Virus record (IMG/VR): IMGVR_UViG_2651869692_000002 | Origin: a virus | Lineage: Duplodnaviria > Heunggongvirae > Uroviricota > Caudoviricetes | DNA: 23,048 bases | Direction: 5' to 3' (one strand) | Shown here: in pieces, positions 1 to 8,579 of the stretch | How the letters are laid out: the number at the start of each line of letters is the position of its first letter | How positions within the stretch are numbered: the first letter of the stretch is position 1 | Position numbers and translations under genes: made by a program | The notes under the pieces: generated by a model | Told to the model about the DNA's origin: nothing | The model's database searches: none | The model's input: only the letters and a program-made list of their open reading frames with translations

Positions 1-1116
1 ATCTGGCATTGCAGCGGACGGCCAGAAGAACGGAACGCCAATAGCTGGAGCTCCTTCTCCCAAACCAAGGTATGTGAGAAGACCAGCGACATCCTTTCCA
101 CTCAAATTAGTCAGCGTATTGTCCAGCGGTTGTTTACCTGCCAGCGCATTAAGCATTGTCGTGGCAAAGTTCGGGTCATTCCCCAGCGCCGCCGCCAGTT
201 CGTTCAGTGTATCCAGTGCCGCAGGTGCAGAACCCACCATTGCCGCAATCGCCGATTTCACAAAAGCCGTGGTGGCAATCTGTGTATTGTTAACCGACTG
301 TGCGGCAGTGGGGGCTGTTGGCGTTCCGGTGAGTTCCGGACTTGACAGCGGCGCTTTCAGTGCCAGCGCATTGTTAATGGTGGTACTGAATTTCGGATCA
401 TTGTTAATGGCTGCGGCTAATTCTTTCAGCGTGTCCAGCGTGGCTGGCGCACCATTAATCAGGGCCGTCAGTGCCGCCTGAACAAACGCGGTGGTCGCAA
501 CCTGCGTGGTGTTATTCCCTGCCGCTGGCGTTGGCGCTTTTGGTGTCCCGGTAAACGTCGGACTTTCTTTGGGTGCATACTGTGAATGCGGGTCCGGTGC
601 GGCAAGATGTTTTGCCATCTGATCATCCACGTACACCTTCAGCTCCAGTACCTTGTCATCCACATACTTGCGGGTTGCCAGCACTACGGCAGGGTCGATT
701 TTCAGGGTGATATTGTCCGTGCTGCTGGTAATCAGCACCATGCGCACGGTCTGGGTACGCCCGCTGCCTTCAGCCAGTTGCGGTTTATAGCTTTCCGGGC
801 AGTTCCCCACGGCAATCAATGCCCCTGACTCATCAAACAGGCCCACTTCACGTATCCACCAACCGCCCTCGTTTTCAGGGATCACCTGTTCAGCAATAAT
901 CTGGCTGCTGTTCTGCGGGTCGATATAGAGCATATTCAGCGCAGCCCGGCGTTTCTCATTTACCAGTGCCGTCTGCTTTGCGTCCGGCGTCGGCAATGCT
1001 CCGCCGCCATCGCCCACCGCCATATGGGTAATTTTTAGCGGCACACCGAGCGCGGCGGCGCTGGCAAGTTTCGCCGCGCCAATATCCGTCAGCAGGGTAT
1101 AAAATTTTGTGCTCAT
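1..1116 (-). CDS. H: Tail fibre protein, N-terminal 372 codons (P2 gpH-like); C-terminal part lies outside the window
   Basis: Minus-strand ATG at 1116-1114 overlaps the upstream stop (ATGA); frame open to position 1; translation starts MSTKFYTLLTDIGAAKLASAAALGVPLKITHMAVGDGGG, like P2-family tail fibre N-termini; not in the ORF track because it has no stop in the window. Confidence 0.8.
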   Translation of the reverse strand, partial: MSTKFYTLLTDIGAAKLASAAALGVPLKITHMAVGDGGGALPTPDAKQTALVNEKRRAALNMLYIDPQNSSQIIAEQVIPENEGGWWIREVGLFDESGALIAVGNCPESYKPQLAEGSGRTQTVRMVLITSSTDNITLKIDPAVVLATRKYVDDKVLELKVYVDDQMAKHLAAPDPHSQYAPKESPTFTGTPKAPTPAAGNNTTQVATTAFVQAALTALINGAPATLDTLKELAAAINNDPKFSTTINNALALKAPLSSPELTGTPTAPTAAQSVNNTQIATTAFVKSAIAAMVGSAPAALDTLNELAAALGNDPNFATTMLNALAGKQPLDNTLTNLSGKDVAGLLTYLGLGEGAPAIGVPFFWPSAAMPD

Positions 1117-1718
1117 GGATTCACTCTCATTGTGTCAATAACATGGACCGCCCCGCCTTCATGCGCGGTGCCACCGGAAATAATCGTTTCGTTGATATAC
1201 GGATAGATCGTGATTTCTTCGCCAAGATAGCTGGCGGCTCCCACCCAATGCGGGCCGCTGGTCTGCAGATTGATGGACATGCCGATCATGTGGCGGCTAC
1301 ATGGTTTGGCATCGCTTATCAGTCGCTCAAGTTCCAGATAGGTATCTTCAGTGATGCCCTGGTCCTGCACGCCGATATCCAGGCGAAACGTGCCCGGTGC
1401 CTCTCCGGTTTGCCACCACTCAATAATGCGGATCAGAAAGCCGAACGGCTCCACCACCCGCCGCACGGCACTGGTGGTCCCTTTATGCTGATGAATATAA
1501 AAAGCATCCTTCACCACCTGGCGCTTGACGCTTTCTGTCCAGCCCTCGTCCCAGCGATCCACAGAGAACGCCCAGGCGAGATAAGGCAGGAAACTGACCG
1601 GACAGGTTGCCGGATTCCACAAGTCACGAAGCGGCACCTGCAGATCAGAAATCCCGCTGCAGGTTTGCGCCAGTCGGCGCTCCAGTGGTGTTGAACCCGG
1701 TGGCAGCAGACTATTCAT
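1113..1718 (-). CDS. I: Baseplate assembly protein (P2 gpI-like)
   Basis: 201-aa ORF with WNP.TCP...LP.LAWAFSVDRWDE.W motif typical of gpI; GGAGG RBS upstream of ATG at 1718; overlaps J stop. Confidence 0.85.
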   Translation of the reverse strand: MNSLLPPGSTPLERRLAQTCSGISDLQVPLRDLWNPATCPVSFLPYLAWAFSVDRWDEGWTESVKRQVVKDAFYIHQHKGTTSAVRRVVEPFGFLIRIIEWWQTGEAPGTFRLDIGVQDQGITEDTYLELERLISDAKPCSRHMIGMSINLQTSGPHWVGAASYLGEEITIYPYINETIISGGTAHEGGAVHVIDTMRVNP

Positions 1719-2619
1719 CCGTTCCTCCGTTGGTTACGCTCCACTGCGTACATGATGCCGCCTGTGTTTTGTTCAGGACCACATCCGCCAGAGGAGAAGC
1801 CAGCTCCACACGCTGCACACCCTCAACATGCAGGGCGGCAAAGATGGCGCTACGGCGAATATCCCGACCAAGACGCGTCTGACTGGCGATGTACTTCTGC
1901 AGGCTGGCTTTTGCCGCTGCCATTACCGGCTCTGCTTCCGGTCCCGGATAGAGAAAAATGGTGGCTTCCACGCGATACGGGATGATTTCTGCGCTGCGAA
2001 CCGTCAGACGGTCAGCCACCGGGCGGACGTTCTCACTGTTCAGAGCTTTTTCCACCACGTCCAGCAGGTCTTTTTCTGCAGTTCCATCGCCTTCGCGGCT
2101 AAGGACAGTCAGCACCACCTCTGCAGGTGCCGGGCTGGTTGCACTGGCATCCGCCACCCGACCGTCGGCGCTTCGGGCATGAAATTCATAAGCTGCAGTT
2201 GGCCCCGCAACAGAAAGCCCTTCAAAGGCTGCAGGCACACGCAGGCGTAACGCTTCATCGCTTTCCATCACAGCCGCAACGGGTGGCACAGCGTCATTAT
2301 CAGCAGGCGTCACCGTCAGGCGTTTCACGTTGTAGTTGGCAGCGAGCTGGTCAAGATCGCCGCCCATCGCGTAAGCCACCATCACAGCATGCGCGGCTTC
2401 GTTAATGCGCTGGCGCAGAAGCAACTCACGGTAAGCGTTCTCCTGAAGCAATTTGGTGACGGGTTCAGATTCCAGTTCCAGCGTGCGGATCACTGCTTCC
2501 TGCTCATCTTTCGGATGAAGCGCAACAAATTCGGCCTTGCGTTCGGCAAGCAGCGTCTCAAAGTCCGGCACATCCACAATCTGCGGCGCAGGCAACTGCG
2601 AAAGGTCAATCACTGCCAT
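1711..2619 (-). CDS. J: Baseplate assembly protein (P2 gpJ-like)
   Basis: Track ORF 1711..2658 begins at a GTG; the ATG at 2619 (MAVIDLSQLPAP...) with an AGGAG RBS matches the gpJ N-terminus; C-terminal HVEGVQRVELA..PLADV motif conserved. Confidence 0.85.
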   Translation of the reverse strand: MAVIDLSQLPAPQIVDVPDFETLLAERKAEFVALHPKDEQEAVIRTLELESEPVTKLLQENAYRELLLRQRINEAAHAVMVAYAMGGDLDQLAANYNVKRLTVTPADNDAVPPVAAVMESDEALRLRVPAAFEGLSVAGPTAAYEFHARSADGRVADASATSPAPAEVVLTVLSREGDGTAEKDLLDVVEKALNSENVRPVADRLTVRSAEIIPYRVEATIFLYPGPEAEPVMAAAKASLQKYIASQTRLGRDIRRSAIFAALHVEGVQRVELASPLADVVLNKTQAASCTQWSVTNGGTDE

Positions 2620-2965
2620 TCTCTGCTCCTGTTGATACGGAAAGGGAAACAGGCACACCGTTATTACGCCGCCCGGTCAGCTCCACCACCATTGAACCGT
2701 CAAAATTGCTGTTAATGGTGATGGAATCCAGCGTCAGCCGTGGCTCCCAGCGACTCAGCGCCACATACACTGCCGACATGACCTGCAGGCGTAATGCCGG
2801 ATTTTGTGGCTGGTCTATCAGTGCCGACAGCAGGGAACCATATTCCCGACGGGCAATGCGGCTACCCTGCGGCGTCAGCAAAATGTCCCGCACCGACTGG
2901 CGCAGATGGTCAATATCAGTAATGGCTTTACCGCTGGTATTGTTCATCCCGCTATAAAGCGTCAT
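2606..2965 (-). CDS. W: Baseplate wedge protein (P2 gpW-like, gp25/lysozyme-like fold family)
   Basis: 119-aa ORF, GGAGG RBS, ATGA overlap with V stop; position and size match gpW. Confidence 0.8.
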   Translation of the reverse strand: MTLYSGMNNTSGKAITDIDHLRQSVRDILLTPQGSRIARREYGSLLSALIDQPQNPALRLQVMSAVYVALSRWEPRLTLDSITINSNFDGSMVVELTGRRNNGVPVSLSVSTGAENGSD

Positions 2966-3540
2966 ACCGGGCCTCCGGTTGTATCGCCGCCTTTCAGGAC
3001 GCCAGTATGCTGATGCGCATCAACCACGATCCCGTTAGAACTCATCGCTCCGCCGCCCTGAGTAACGCCACCATTGATCACCACTTCGCTGTTAATACGC
3101 GTGCACTCAGCCTCCAGCACAAACTCACTGGTTTTCAGGGTGATGTTATCGGCAGCCTCAATGACCATGGATTTGATGCCCCTGACATACCAGCGCCCGG
3201 TGGCAGGTTCGTATTCAAACCAGCCACCGTCAGGATGTTCTGTCACGCAGGCGTCCGCCGACGTCGACGGTGGTGTGAACTGATTCGAATAGATGGCGGG
3301 CAGCGCAAAAGCTGTTTCCAGATTACCGCCCATACTCAGCAGCACCACCTGCTCACCTTCCGATGGTCGCCACCATGTCCGGGCATTCCCGGCACGCAGC
3401 GTCAGCCAGCTGATCCAGTTGGTTTCAAGGTCGCCCGTTTTCACCCGGCAAAGCCAGTTTGTCCTGTCCACTTCGGTGACTACCCCAGTGCGGATCAGGT
3501 TGGTGATAAGGCGCATGATTTCGGTTAATTGTGCGTTCAT
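2962..3540 (-). CDS. V: Baseplate central spike / assembly protein (P2 gpV-like)
   Basis: 192-aa ORF; position between S and W; similarity pattern to gpV (TNW..W...RAG..RTWW.PS.GEQV). Confidence 0.8.
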   Translation of the reverse strand: MNAQLTEIMRLITNLIRTGVVTEVDRTNWLCRVKTGDLETNWISWLTLRAGNARTWWRPSEGEQVVLLSMGGNLETAFALPAIYSNQFTPPSTSADACVTEHPDGGWFEYEPATGRWYVRGIKSMVIEAADNITLKTSEFVLEAECTRINSEVVINGGVTQGGGAMSSNGIVVDAHQHTGVLKGGDTTGGPV

Positions 3541-3586
3541 AGGGAAAGGTTGCCATCAGGGGAAGAAAGGCGGCAGTGCTGCAACT

Positions 3587-3604
3587 TGTATCAGTGCTGA
3601 TACA
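3587..3604. promoter_or_regulatory. Candidate late-promoter activator site (Ogr/B-type dyad TGT-N12-ACA) upstream of V
   Basis: Near-perfect palindrome TTGTATCAGTGCTGATACAA in the S-V intergenic gap, where P2 carries the PV late promoter. Confidence 0.45.
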
Positions 3605-3608
3605 AAAA

Positions 3609-4055
3609 TCACCCCGCCAGCCATTGCAGAATCATGTCGCGGGTCATTGCCTCAACATCATCATTTACACCCAGAAGGCGACGCTCTGCGTAACGGACCT
3701 CCGGTCCTTTGCGGCTGACGCGATCACGTAAGCCGTAGTGATGAACACGGGCAATGCGCTGTACCTTGCCTTCAAACTGCACGCTGGCAGAGTCGGCGCT
3801 GGCGGAAGTTTTCAGGTATTTTGTGGTGCGCAGCTTTGCAAACATCTGACGTTTGATACGGCCTTTTTTACTGCGTGCTGTTACCCGTCGCGGTTCATAA
3901 CTGCTGCCATCTGGATTGCGCTGCATTCTGATATTTTGCTGCTGTGTCCGGCGTAGTTCCTGCGCCAGCTGGCGCATCATGCGGCTTCTTGCGGCTGGCT
4001 CCAGATTCGCCAGCAAGGCACTCAGCCAGTCGTCCACTTTCTGCAGTTCAGCCAC
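3609..4055 (-). CDS. S: Tail completion protein (P2 gpS-like)
   Basis: 148-aa ORF starting at a GTG that overlaps the R stop; size and position match gpS. Confidence 0.7.
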   Translation of the reverse strand: MAELQKVDDWLSALLANLEPAARSRMMRQLAQELRRTQQQNIRMQRNPDGSSYEPRRVTARSKKGRIKRQMFAKLRTTKYLKTSASADSASVQFEGKVQRIARVHHYGLRDRVSRKGPEVRYAERRLLGVNDDVEAMTRDMILQWLAG

Positions 4056-4479
4056 GTTTCACCGTCCACATTTCTTCAGGTTCATCAGGTTCCGCTATAG
4101 CTTCAACGCTCGACACACTGCCGTCAGTGCTGACCAGCACACGCTCCGTCAGTTGCAGGTTGAGGCTGATATCACAGACATCGTTGCGCAGAATATCCAC
4201 CTCAAAGGTGAATAGCTTTTCCCGTAACGCCGGGTTATTGATGGCATCGGGCTGGTTATCACGCAGCCACAGCAAAACCGGGGCCATCAGCAGATTCTGG
4301 TCGCCGCTGAAATCCTCAATCACCACGTTCAGGGTGTAGCGGTACTCCCATGACATGGAGCTGGCCCCCGTGGCAACCAGCGAACCGTTATCCACAAACA
4401 GATGCAGTTTGTCCGGGTTATTTCGGACATAAGGCACCGCTTTATTGAGGGCGTGGCGCAGGGATTGTGGTTTGTTCAC
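4048..4479 (-). CDS. R: Tail completion protein (P2 gpR-like)
   Basis: Track start at 4500 is a TTG; the GTG at 4479 preceded by AGGAG gives an N-terminus (V/M)NKPQSLRHAL that aligns with gpR; FVDNGS motif conserved. Confidence 0.7.
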   Translation of the reverse strand: MNKPQSLRHALNKAVPYVRNNPDKLHLFVDNGSLVATGASSMSWEYRYTLNVVIEDFSGDQNLLMAPVLLWLRDNQPDAINNPALREKLFTFEVDILRNDVCDISLNLQLTERVLVSTDGSVSSVEAIAEPDEPEEMWTVKRG

Positions 4480-4732
4480 TGTTTCGCTCCTGACACGCAA
4501 TAATCATGTCCACTTTGTCTGCACAGATCGCCCAGGCGGCCTCCGTTTCATCCAGCAACGCATTCAGATCACCGTTAGTGCGCGGTGCTGCCTGCTCCAG
4601 CCGACACGGCGTCACTCTCGAACAACCACTGACGGTAAGCTGCACCTCCGGTGAGTACCGGACGTTCCCGCAGCCGGATAATGTCAGCAGGCAAAGGAGT
4701 ATCAGCCCAGTGGCGTAAATCCTCGTTCTCAC
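4442..4732 (-). CDS. lysC: Outer-membrane spanin lipoprotein (LysC/Rz1-like), overlapping the 3' end of lysB and the 5' end of R
   Basis: GTG start with GAGGAA RBS; N-terminal lipoprotein signal with lipobox LTLSGC; out-of-frame overlap with the i-spanin gene as in P2 lysB/lysC. Confidence 0.6.
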   Translation of the reverse strand: MRTRIYATGLILLCLLTLSGCGNVRYSPEVQLTVSGCSRVTPCRLEQAAPRTNGDLNALLDETEAAWAICADKVDMIIACQERNSEQTTIPAPRPQ

Positions 4733-5003
4733 GTTTCAGTTCCTCGATCCGGCGTTGTCGTTGTCTCAGCTGTGCGCTGGTCTGTTCTGCTTCGGCATAG
4801 AGCCGCGCCTGCTCCCGGTTATTGGTTTCATTCAGAATGGACAGGCTGATAAGCTGGCTGTTGCTCTTTGCCAGTGCCTGGCTTTTGCTCTGCAGCTCGT
4901 TTGCCTGCGTGCTGATGGTCTGGCTGGCATCAGCCAGCCGCCACGTCTGCCAGCCCAGCGCCGCCAGTAATAACGCCAGCACAACCAGCAGCAACCGGTT
5001 CAT
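4575..5003 (-). CDS. lysB: Inner-membrane spanin (LysB/Rz-like)
   Basis: 142-aa ORF with N-terminal transmembrane segment followed by a charged, coiled-coil-like region; ATGA overlap with the lysA stop. Confidence 0.7.
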   Translation of the reverse strand: MNRLLLVVLALLLAALGWQTWRLADASQTISTQANELQSKSQALAKSNSQLISLSILNETNNREQARLYAEAEQTSAQLRQRQRRIEELKRENEDLRHWADTPLPADIIRLRERPVLTGGAAYRQWLFESDAVSAGAGSTAH

Positions 5004-5377
5004 GCTGCTACCTGTTGCGCCATCTGATTACGGGTGATCCAGAAGGCAATAACGGTCAGTAGATAAAAGACCAGGGTAATAGCCCACCCCGTCCATGCGA
5101 GACTTACAACAATCAGCAATCGCATCACCCAACTGATAAATACGTTTTCTTTTCGGGTAATTGTCTTCAGCAAAGATGCCCTTAACTCCTGCCAGAGCGG
5201 GCCATTCTGAATTAACGCAGCCAGTGCTACCGGAATTACCGCCCATGTCAGCAAACAGGCTACCCAAACGCCGGACGCTGCCAGTACCGGAAAGATCCCC
5301 TGCGGATACACCATTGCTGCGATTAACAGCGCCATCCATAACATCAGAAACAGTCCGCTGATTAATTTCTTTTTCAT
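5000..5377 (-). CDS. lysA: LysA-like lysis-timing membrane protein
   Basis: Multi-pass hydrophobic protein; track ORF starts at GTG 5449; the ATG at 5377 (MKKKLISG...) sits immediately after the endolysin stop. Confidence 0.6.
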   Translation of the reverse strand: MKKKLISGLFLMLWMALLIAAMVYPQGIFPVLAASGVWVACLLTWAVIPVALAALIQNGPLWQELRASLLKTITRKENVFISWVMRLLIVVSLAWTGWAITLVFYLLTVIAFWITRNQMAQQVAA

Positions 5378-5378
5378 T

Positions 5379-5891
5379 TCAGTTTGCTCCCTGTAAACAC
5401 CAGGCCATCTCCCGCGCACGGCGGTTATCCAGCCCCTGATTAAACACACCTTTTACATAAACCCAGCGCGGCAACTGTCGGCACGCATCCGCCCAGCGCC
5501 GCTGATTGAGCAATTTCACCAGCGTGGAACTACAGGCATTGCCCGTCCCCACGTTGAAGGCAAACGACACCGTAGCGTCATACACCTTCTGTGGTGGCTG
5601 TTGCTTCACACACCTTTCCAGTGCCCGCTCCACACGCAGCACGTTGGAGATCAGCCCTTCTGCTGCCTGTCGTTCCGTGATTGTTTTGCCGGGAATGACG
5701 CCCGATGTATTACCAATGCCGTCGGTCCAGACACCCGCGCTGCACTGATACGGCTGCAGACGACAGCCTTCGTAATCGGCAATCAGTTTCAGTCCCTCCA
5801 CGGAGGTGTGAAGCTGCTGAAAACCCGGCAGCGTGGCAGCAATAGCCAGCACGACCCCGACAAGGCAGCGTTTAACGACTGATGGATTCAT
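5379..5891 (-). CDS. K: Endolysin (P2 gpK-like lysozyme) with N-terminal hydrophobic signal-anchor-release-type segment
   Basis: 170-aa ORF; GGGAGG RBS; N-terminal RCLVGVVLAIAATLPG hydrophobic stretch followed by a lysozyme-like domain (EG..L.AY....G.WT.G.G motif region). Confidence 0.8.
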   Translation of the reverse strand: MNPSVVKRCLVGVVLAIAATLPGFQQLHTSVEGLKLIADYEGCRLQPYQCSAGVWTDGIGNTSGVIPGKTITERQAAEGLISNVLRVERALERCVKQQPPQKVYDATVSFAFNVGTGNACSSTLVKLLNQRRWADACRQLPRWVYVKGVFNQGLDNRRAREMAWCLQGAN

Positions 5892-6087
5892 AGTCCTCCC
5901 GCGAGATCTGCCCGTCGCGCAGAAGCTGGTAGGCTTTGTGTTTGTAGTACCAGTTGATAGCCAGCATCAGCACACCAATCATCAGGCCGCCCAGCGTTGA
6001 GGCATCCTTGATGGACAAATCGCCCAGCCAAGCCAGCACGACGGCGATGCAATACGTGATAAAGGCGCTGATTCGCTCAAGCGTCAT
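5872..6087 (-). CDS. Holin (small two-TMD membrane protein at the P2 gene Y position)
   Basis: 71-aa ORF with two hydrophobic segments and a charged C-terminus, immediately upstream of and overlapping the endolysin gene. Confidence 0.6.
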   Translation of the reverse strand: MTLERISAFITYCIAVVLAWLGDLSIKDASTLGGLMIGVLMLAINWYYKHKAYQLLRDGQISREDYESISR

Positions 6088-6090
6088 AAT

Positions 6091-6294
6091 TCAGTCCCAT
6101 AGCTGAACGGTCTGCACGGTGGTGGTTGTCGGAATGTCCGGCAGCTCCACCTGCAGCCCGTGAGGTAAAAAGGGGCCGTATTCGGCAAGCCCCGGATTTG
6201 CCTTCAGTACCTGCTCCGTGACACCCTGCGTGCGCCCGTAATGACGCCAGCAAAGCGCGTCCACCGTGTCATACTGATGCGCACGCACTTTCAT
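6091..6294 (-). CDS. X: Tail protein X (P2 gpX-like)
   Basis: 67-aa ORF with D.LC.RYYGRT.GV.E.VL.ANPGLAE.G..LP.G..V.LPD motif matching gpX. Confidence 0.8.
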   Translation of the reverse strand: MKVRAHQYDTVDALCWRHYGRTQGVTEQVLKANPGLAEYGPFLPHGLQVELPDIPTTTTVQTVQLWD

Positions 6295-6758
6295 CAGATA
6301 AGCTCCACTGTGCAGTGCGGCGCATCCTGTACCCGGCTGATGGCCCAGCGGGCGTCACGCCACAAATCACCGCTTGCTTCCGCCTGTTCCTCGCCCCGCT
6401 TCACACCGGACGCCGTGGCGTCATAGTCCTGATAACGCTCATTGAGCATGGCGCGTGCCCAGCAGTAAACCGCGTTGAAATAGTGATGAATGCGCTCACT
6501 TTTGCCGTCCAGCTGTTCCGCCGGAACCTCAGCCAGCGACGCATACCCCAGCATCTGCTGACGTCTGCGAAACTCATACAGCTCTGCGTTGACCTCCGAA
6601 ATTGCCGACAGCGCAACCTGCTTTAAACGCGGCTGCGTCACCGTGCCGTCAGTGCGCATGACACTGCGAAACTCCGACAAGTCCACATCAGGCCAGAACG
6701 GCGTATTTCTGATGATTTCCGCCTGTTCCGGTGCCTGTTCTGGCGCAACAAACTTCAT
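6294..6758 (-). CDS. L: Head completion/stabilisation protein (P2 gpL-like)
   Basis: ATG at 6758 with AGGAG RBS (track ORF extends to a GTG at 6821); NAELYE..R motif and ELWRD.RWA..R.Q C-terminal motif as in gpL. Confidence 0.75.
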   Translation of the reverse strand: MKFVAPEQAPEQAEIIRNTPFWPDVDLSEFRSVMRTDGTVTQPRLKQVALSAISEVNAELYEFRRRQQMLGYASLAEVPAEQLDGKSERIHHYFNAVYCWARAMLNERYQDYDATASGVKRGEEQAEASGDLWRDARWAISRVQDAPHCTVELI

Positions 6759-6853
6759 GCTGCTTTCTCCTGAAATAAAGGGCGGTGGACGGGGTTTTGA
6801 TGTGGCTGTGCCTTTCGCCACCCCGTGCCGCCCGTGCGCGGGGGCACGTTCTG

Positions 6854-7504
6854 TCAGCGGCTGTCATTGCGCAGTCTGCGCTCCAGCTGCTGTTTGTCTT
6901 TTTTCACGCCACAGCGGGGATCGAGCTGTAACGCATGGTTGAGATGATTAAGGGCGGAAGCCGGATTGCTTTCACTCAGGACAGCGCCAATCGCTTTATG
7001 CAGACGCGCCCGTGACTGGTCCGGCATATCCAGACCGTCTGTCAGCTCCAGCGTCTGCAGCAACAGATCGGCATCAAAGCCGGTGGCGGCAAGCATTGCG
7101 CTCTGCGCTGCATCTGCCATTTCCTCTGCCAGCACGGTCTGCACGTTGCGGTTACCCAGCGGCATCACCCAGCCATGACGCAGGGCATGACGCCCAATCT
7201 CCAGCGCCCCGGCATAATCTCCGGCATCAATGCGCCACAGCATCACGTACATCAGCACGTCATCCTGTTGAGCGCCTCCGGCAGCCAGGACGCCCTCCGC
7301 CCAGGCGGCATATTTCGGCAGCAGCTCCACCTTGATTTCCGCTTTTTTCACCGTGGACTGAACGCCCTTGAGACGGCGGCGGTCTTCCGCCAGTTGCAGC
7401 AGCATCAGGTCATAGCCCGACGCGTGGCGAACACTGCCGCCCTCACGGGCGGCCTGTTCAGCCTGAACGCGCAGGCGATGCTGCCGTGCGGGACTCAGGC
7501 TCAT
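6854..7504 (-). CDS. M: Terminase small/endonuclease subunit (P2 gpM-like)
   Basis: 216-aa ORF; N-terminal ..RH..RV.A motif and central AQDD.LM.VMLWR.D.GD.AGALEI motif matching gpM. Confidence 0.8.
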   Translation of the reverse strand: MSLSPARQHRLRVQAEQAAREGGSVRHASGYDLMLLQLAEDRRRLKGVQSTVKKAEIKVELLPKYAAWAEGVLAAGGAQQDDVLMYVMLWRIDAGDYAGALEIGRHALRHGWVMPLGNRNVQTVLAEEMADAAQSAMLAATGFDADLLLQTLELTDGLDMPDQSRARLHKAIGAVLSESNPASALNHLNHALQLDPRCGVKKDKQQLERRLRNDSR

Positions 7505-7507
7505 GGT

Positions 7508-8563
7508 TTATGCTCCGGCTTCTACGGCGACGCTGAAGTCGCCAATCTGGATGTTTTCCACCAGTGCTGCGCAGCGGTAGTCCTCAACCACATAGGCTTC
7601 GTTAACGGATTCAAAGTTTTCAATCCGGTCACGTTTCGGGTTGTCGATAACTGAACGGCGGCGGGTGTCTTCCTGCCAGTAGATGGACAGGTTATCCAGA
7701 CGGGTGATCAGCAGCGCATTCGGCGGGAAGAACGGCGCACGCACGGCCTGCAGGCCACCCATGCGTTTCTGGCTGATGATCATATCGGCAGCCAGTTTTT
7801 CACTGTTTTCCTGCTCTTTGTTGACCAGCGGGAAATACTTATCAGACAACAGTTCACGACCGCAAATCACCACCAGATCGTCATCGTCCTGGTAGACCAC
7901 GTCGATAAGCTCATTGACCGCATCCATCACCACGGCGTCCAGGTTGGCATATTCGCCACCTTTACCGACTTTCACCGCGCCCGGTGTGGTTTCACCGCCC
8001 GTGGTGGTGCTGCCCATGACGTGATCCGGTGCATCCTCACGGATTTTCTGTAGCCAGCCTTTATTCACATCCTGCAGCAGCGGGTTTTCGCTGCGGTTGG
8101 AGGTTTTCGCACGCTTCACGCCGTTAAAGCCGATCATGATGCGGTCCAGTGCCTGACGTTTCACGATGGCGTCACGGATACGCACCTGGAAATCCTGAAA
8201 CTTCGCCCACAGGTCCAGCTTCGCGTAGGTCAGCACCGTGTCAAAGTTGGTCTGCTCGCATTTATATTCCACATCGACCATCAGCGTCGGATCGACAGGC
8301 TCACGCTCTTTTGCGGTGGTATCAGTGGTTCCTGCAATGGTGCTGCCAACACCCAGCCCCAGCAACTGACCAGACTGCTCAGTCACTGGCGTGACGTTAA
8401 TCAGCGTCAGGAATGCGGCGGACTGCTGGATCTGGTCTTCCAGCGTCTGCTGCACAGACGGCTCTACAGTAAACTTGCTGGACAGTTCTTCAACTGCCAC
8501 ACCGTTCAGACGCGCCAGCTGCTGCAGGTAAGCGTTAAAAGCAAAGCGGGTATTCTTCTTCAT
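7508..8563 (-). CDS. N: Major capsid protein (P2 gpN-like)
   Basis: 351-aa ORF with extended similarity to gpN (TRF.FNAYL, KFTVEPSV.QTL, GFNGVKRA.TS.RS.NP.LQDV, GKGG.YA.LDA.VMDA). Confidence 0.9.
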   Translation of the reverse strand: MKKNTRFAFNAYLQQLARLNGVAVEELSSKFTVEPSVQQTLEDQIQQSAAFLTLINVTPVTEQSGQLLGLGVGSTIAGTTDTTAKEREPVDPTLMVDVEYKCEQTNFDTVLTYAKLDLWAKFQDFQVRIRDAIVKRQALDRIMIGFNGVKRAKTSNRSENPLLQDVNKGWLQKIREDAPDHVMGSTTTGGETTPGAVKVGKGGEYANLDAVVMDAVNELIDVVYQDDDDLVVICGRELLSDKYFPLVNKEQENSEKLAADMIISQKRMGGLQAVRAPFFPPNALLITRLDNLSIYWQEDTRRRSVIDNPKRDRIENFESVNEAYVVEDYRCAALVENIQIGDFSVAVEAGA

Positions 8564-8579
8564 CAGGTTTTGTGCTCCA

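Noticed and set aside
74-481. Plus-strand ORFs (74..481, 130..345, 586..828) inside the tail-fibre region
   Set aside because: They are antisense to the conserved minus-strand tail-fibre frame, whose N-terminus matches the P2 gpH family; GC-rich coding DNA commonly throws up such shadow ORFs
130-530. Repeats at the window start as a CRISPR array or intergenic repeat element
   Set aside because: The repeats are in-frame protein-coding duplications within the tail-fibre gene, with no short identical direct repeats separated by unique spacers
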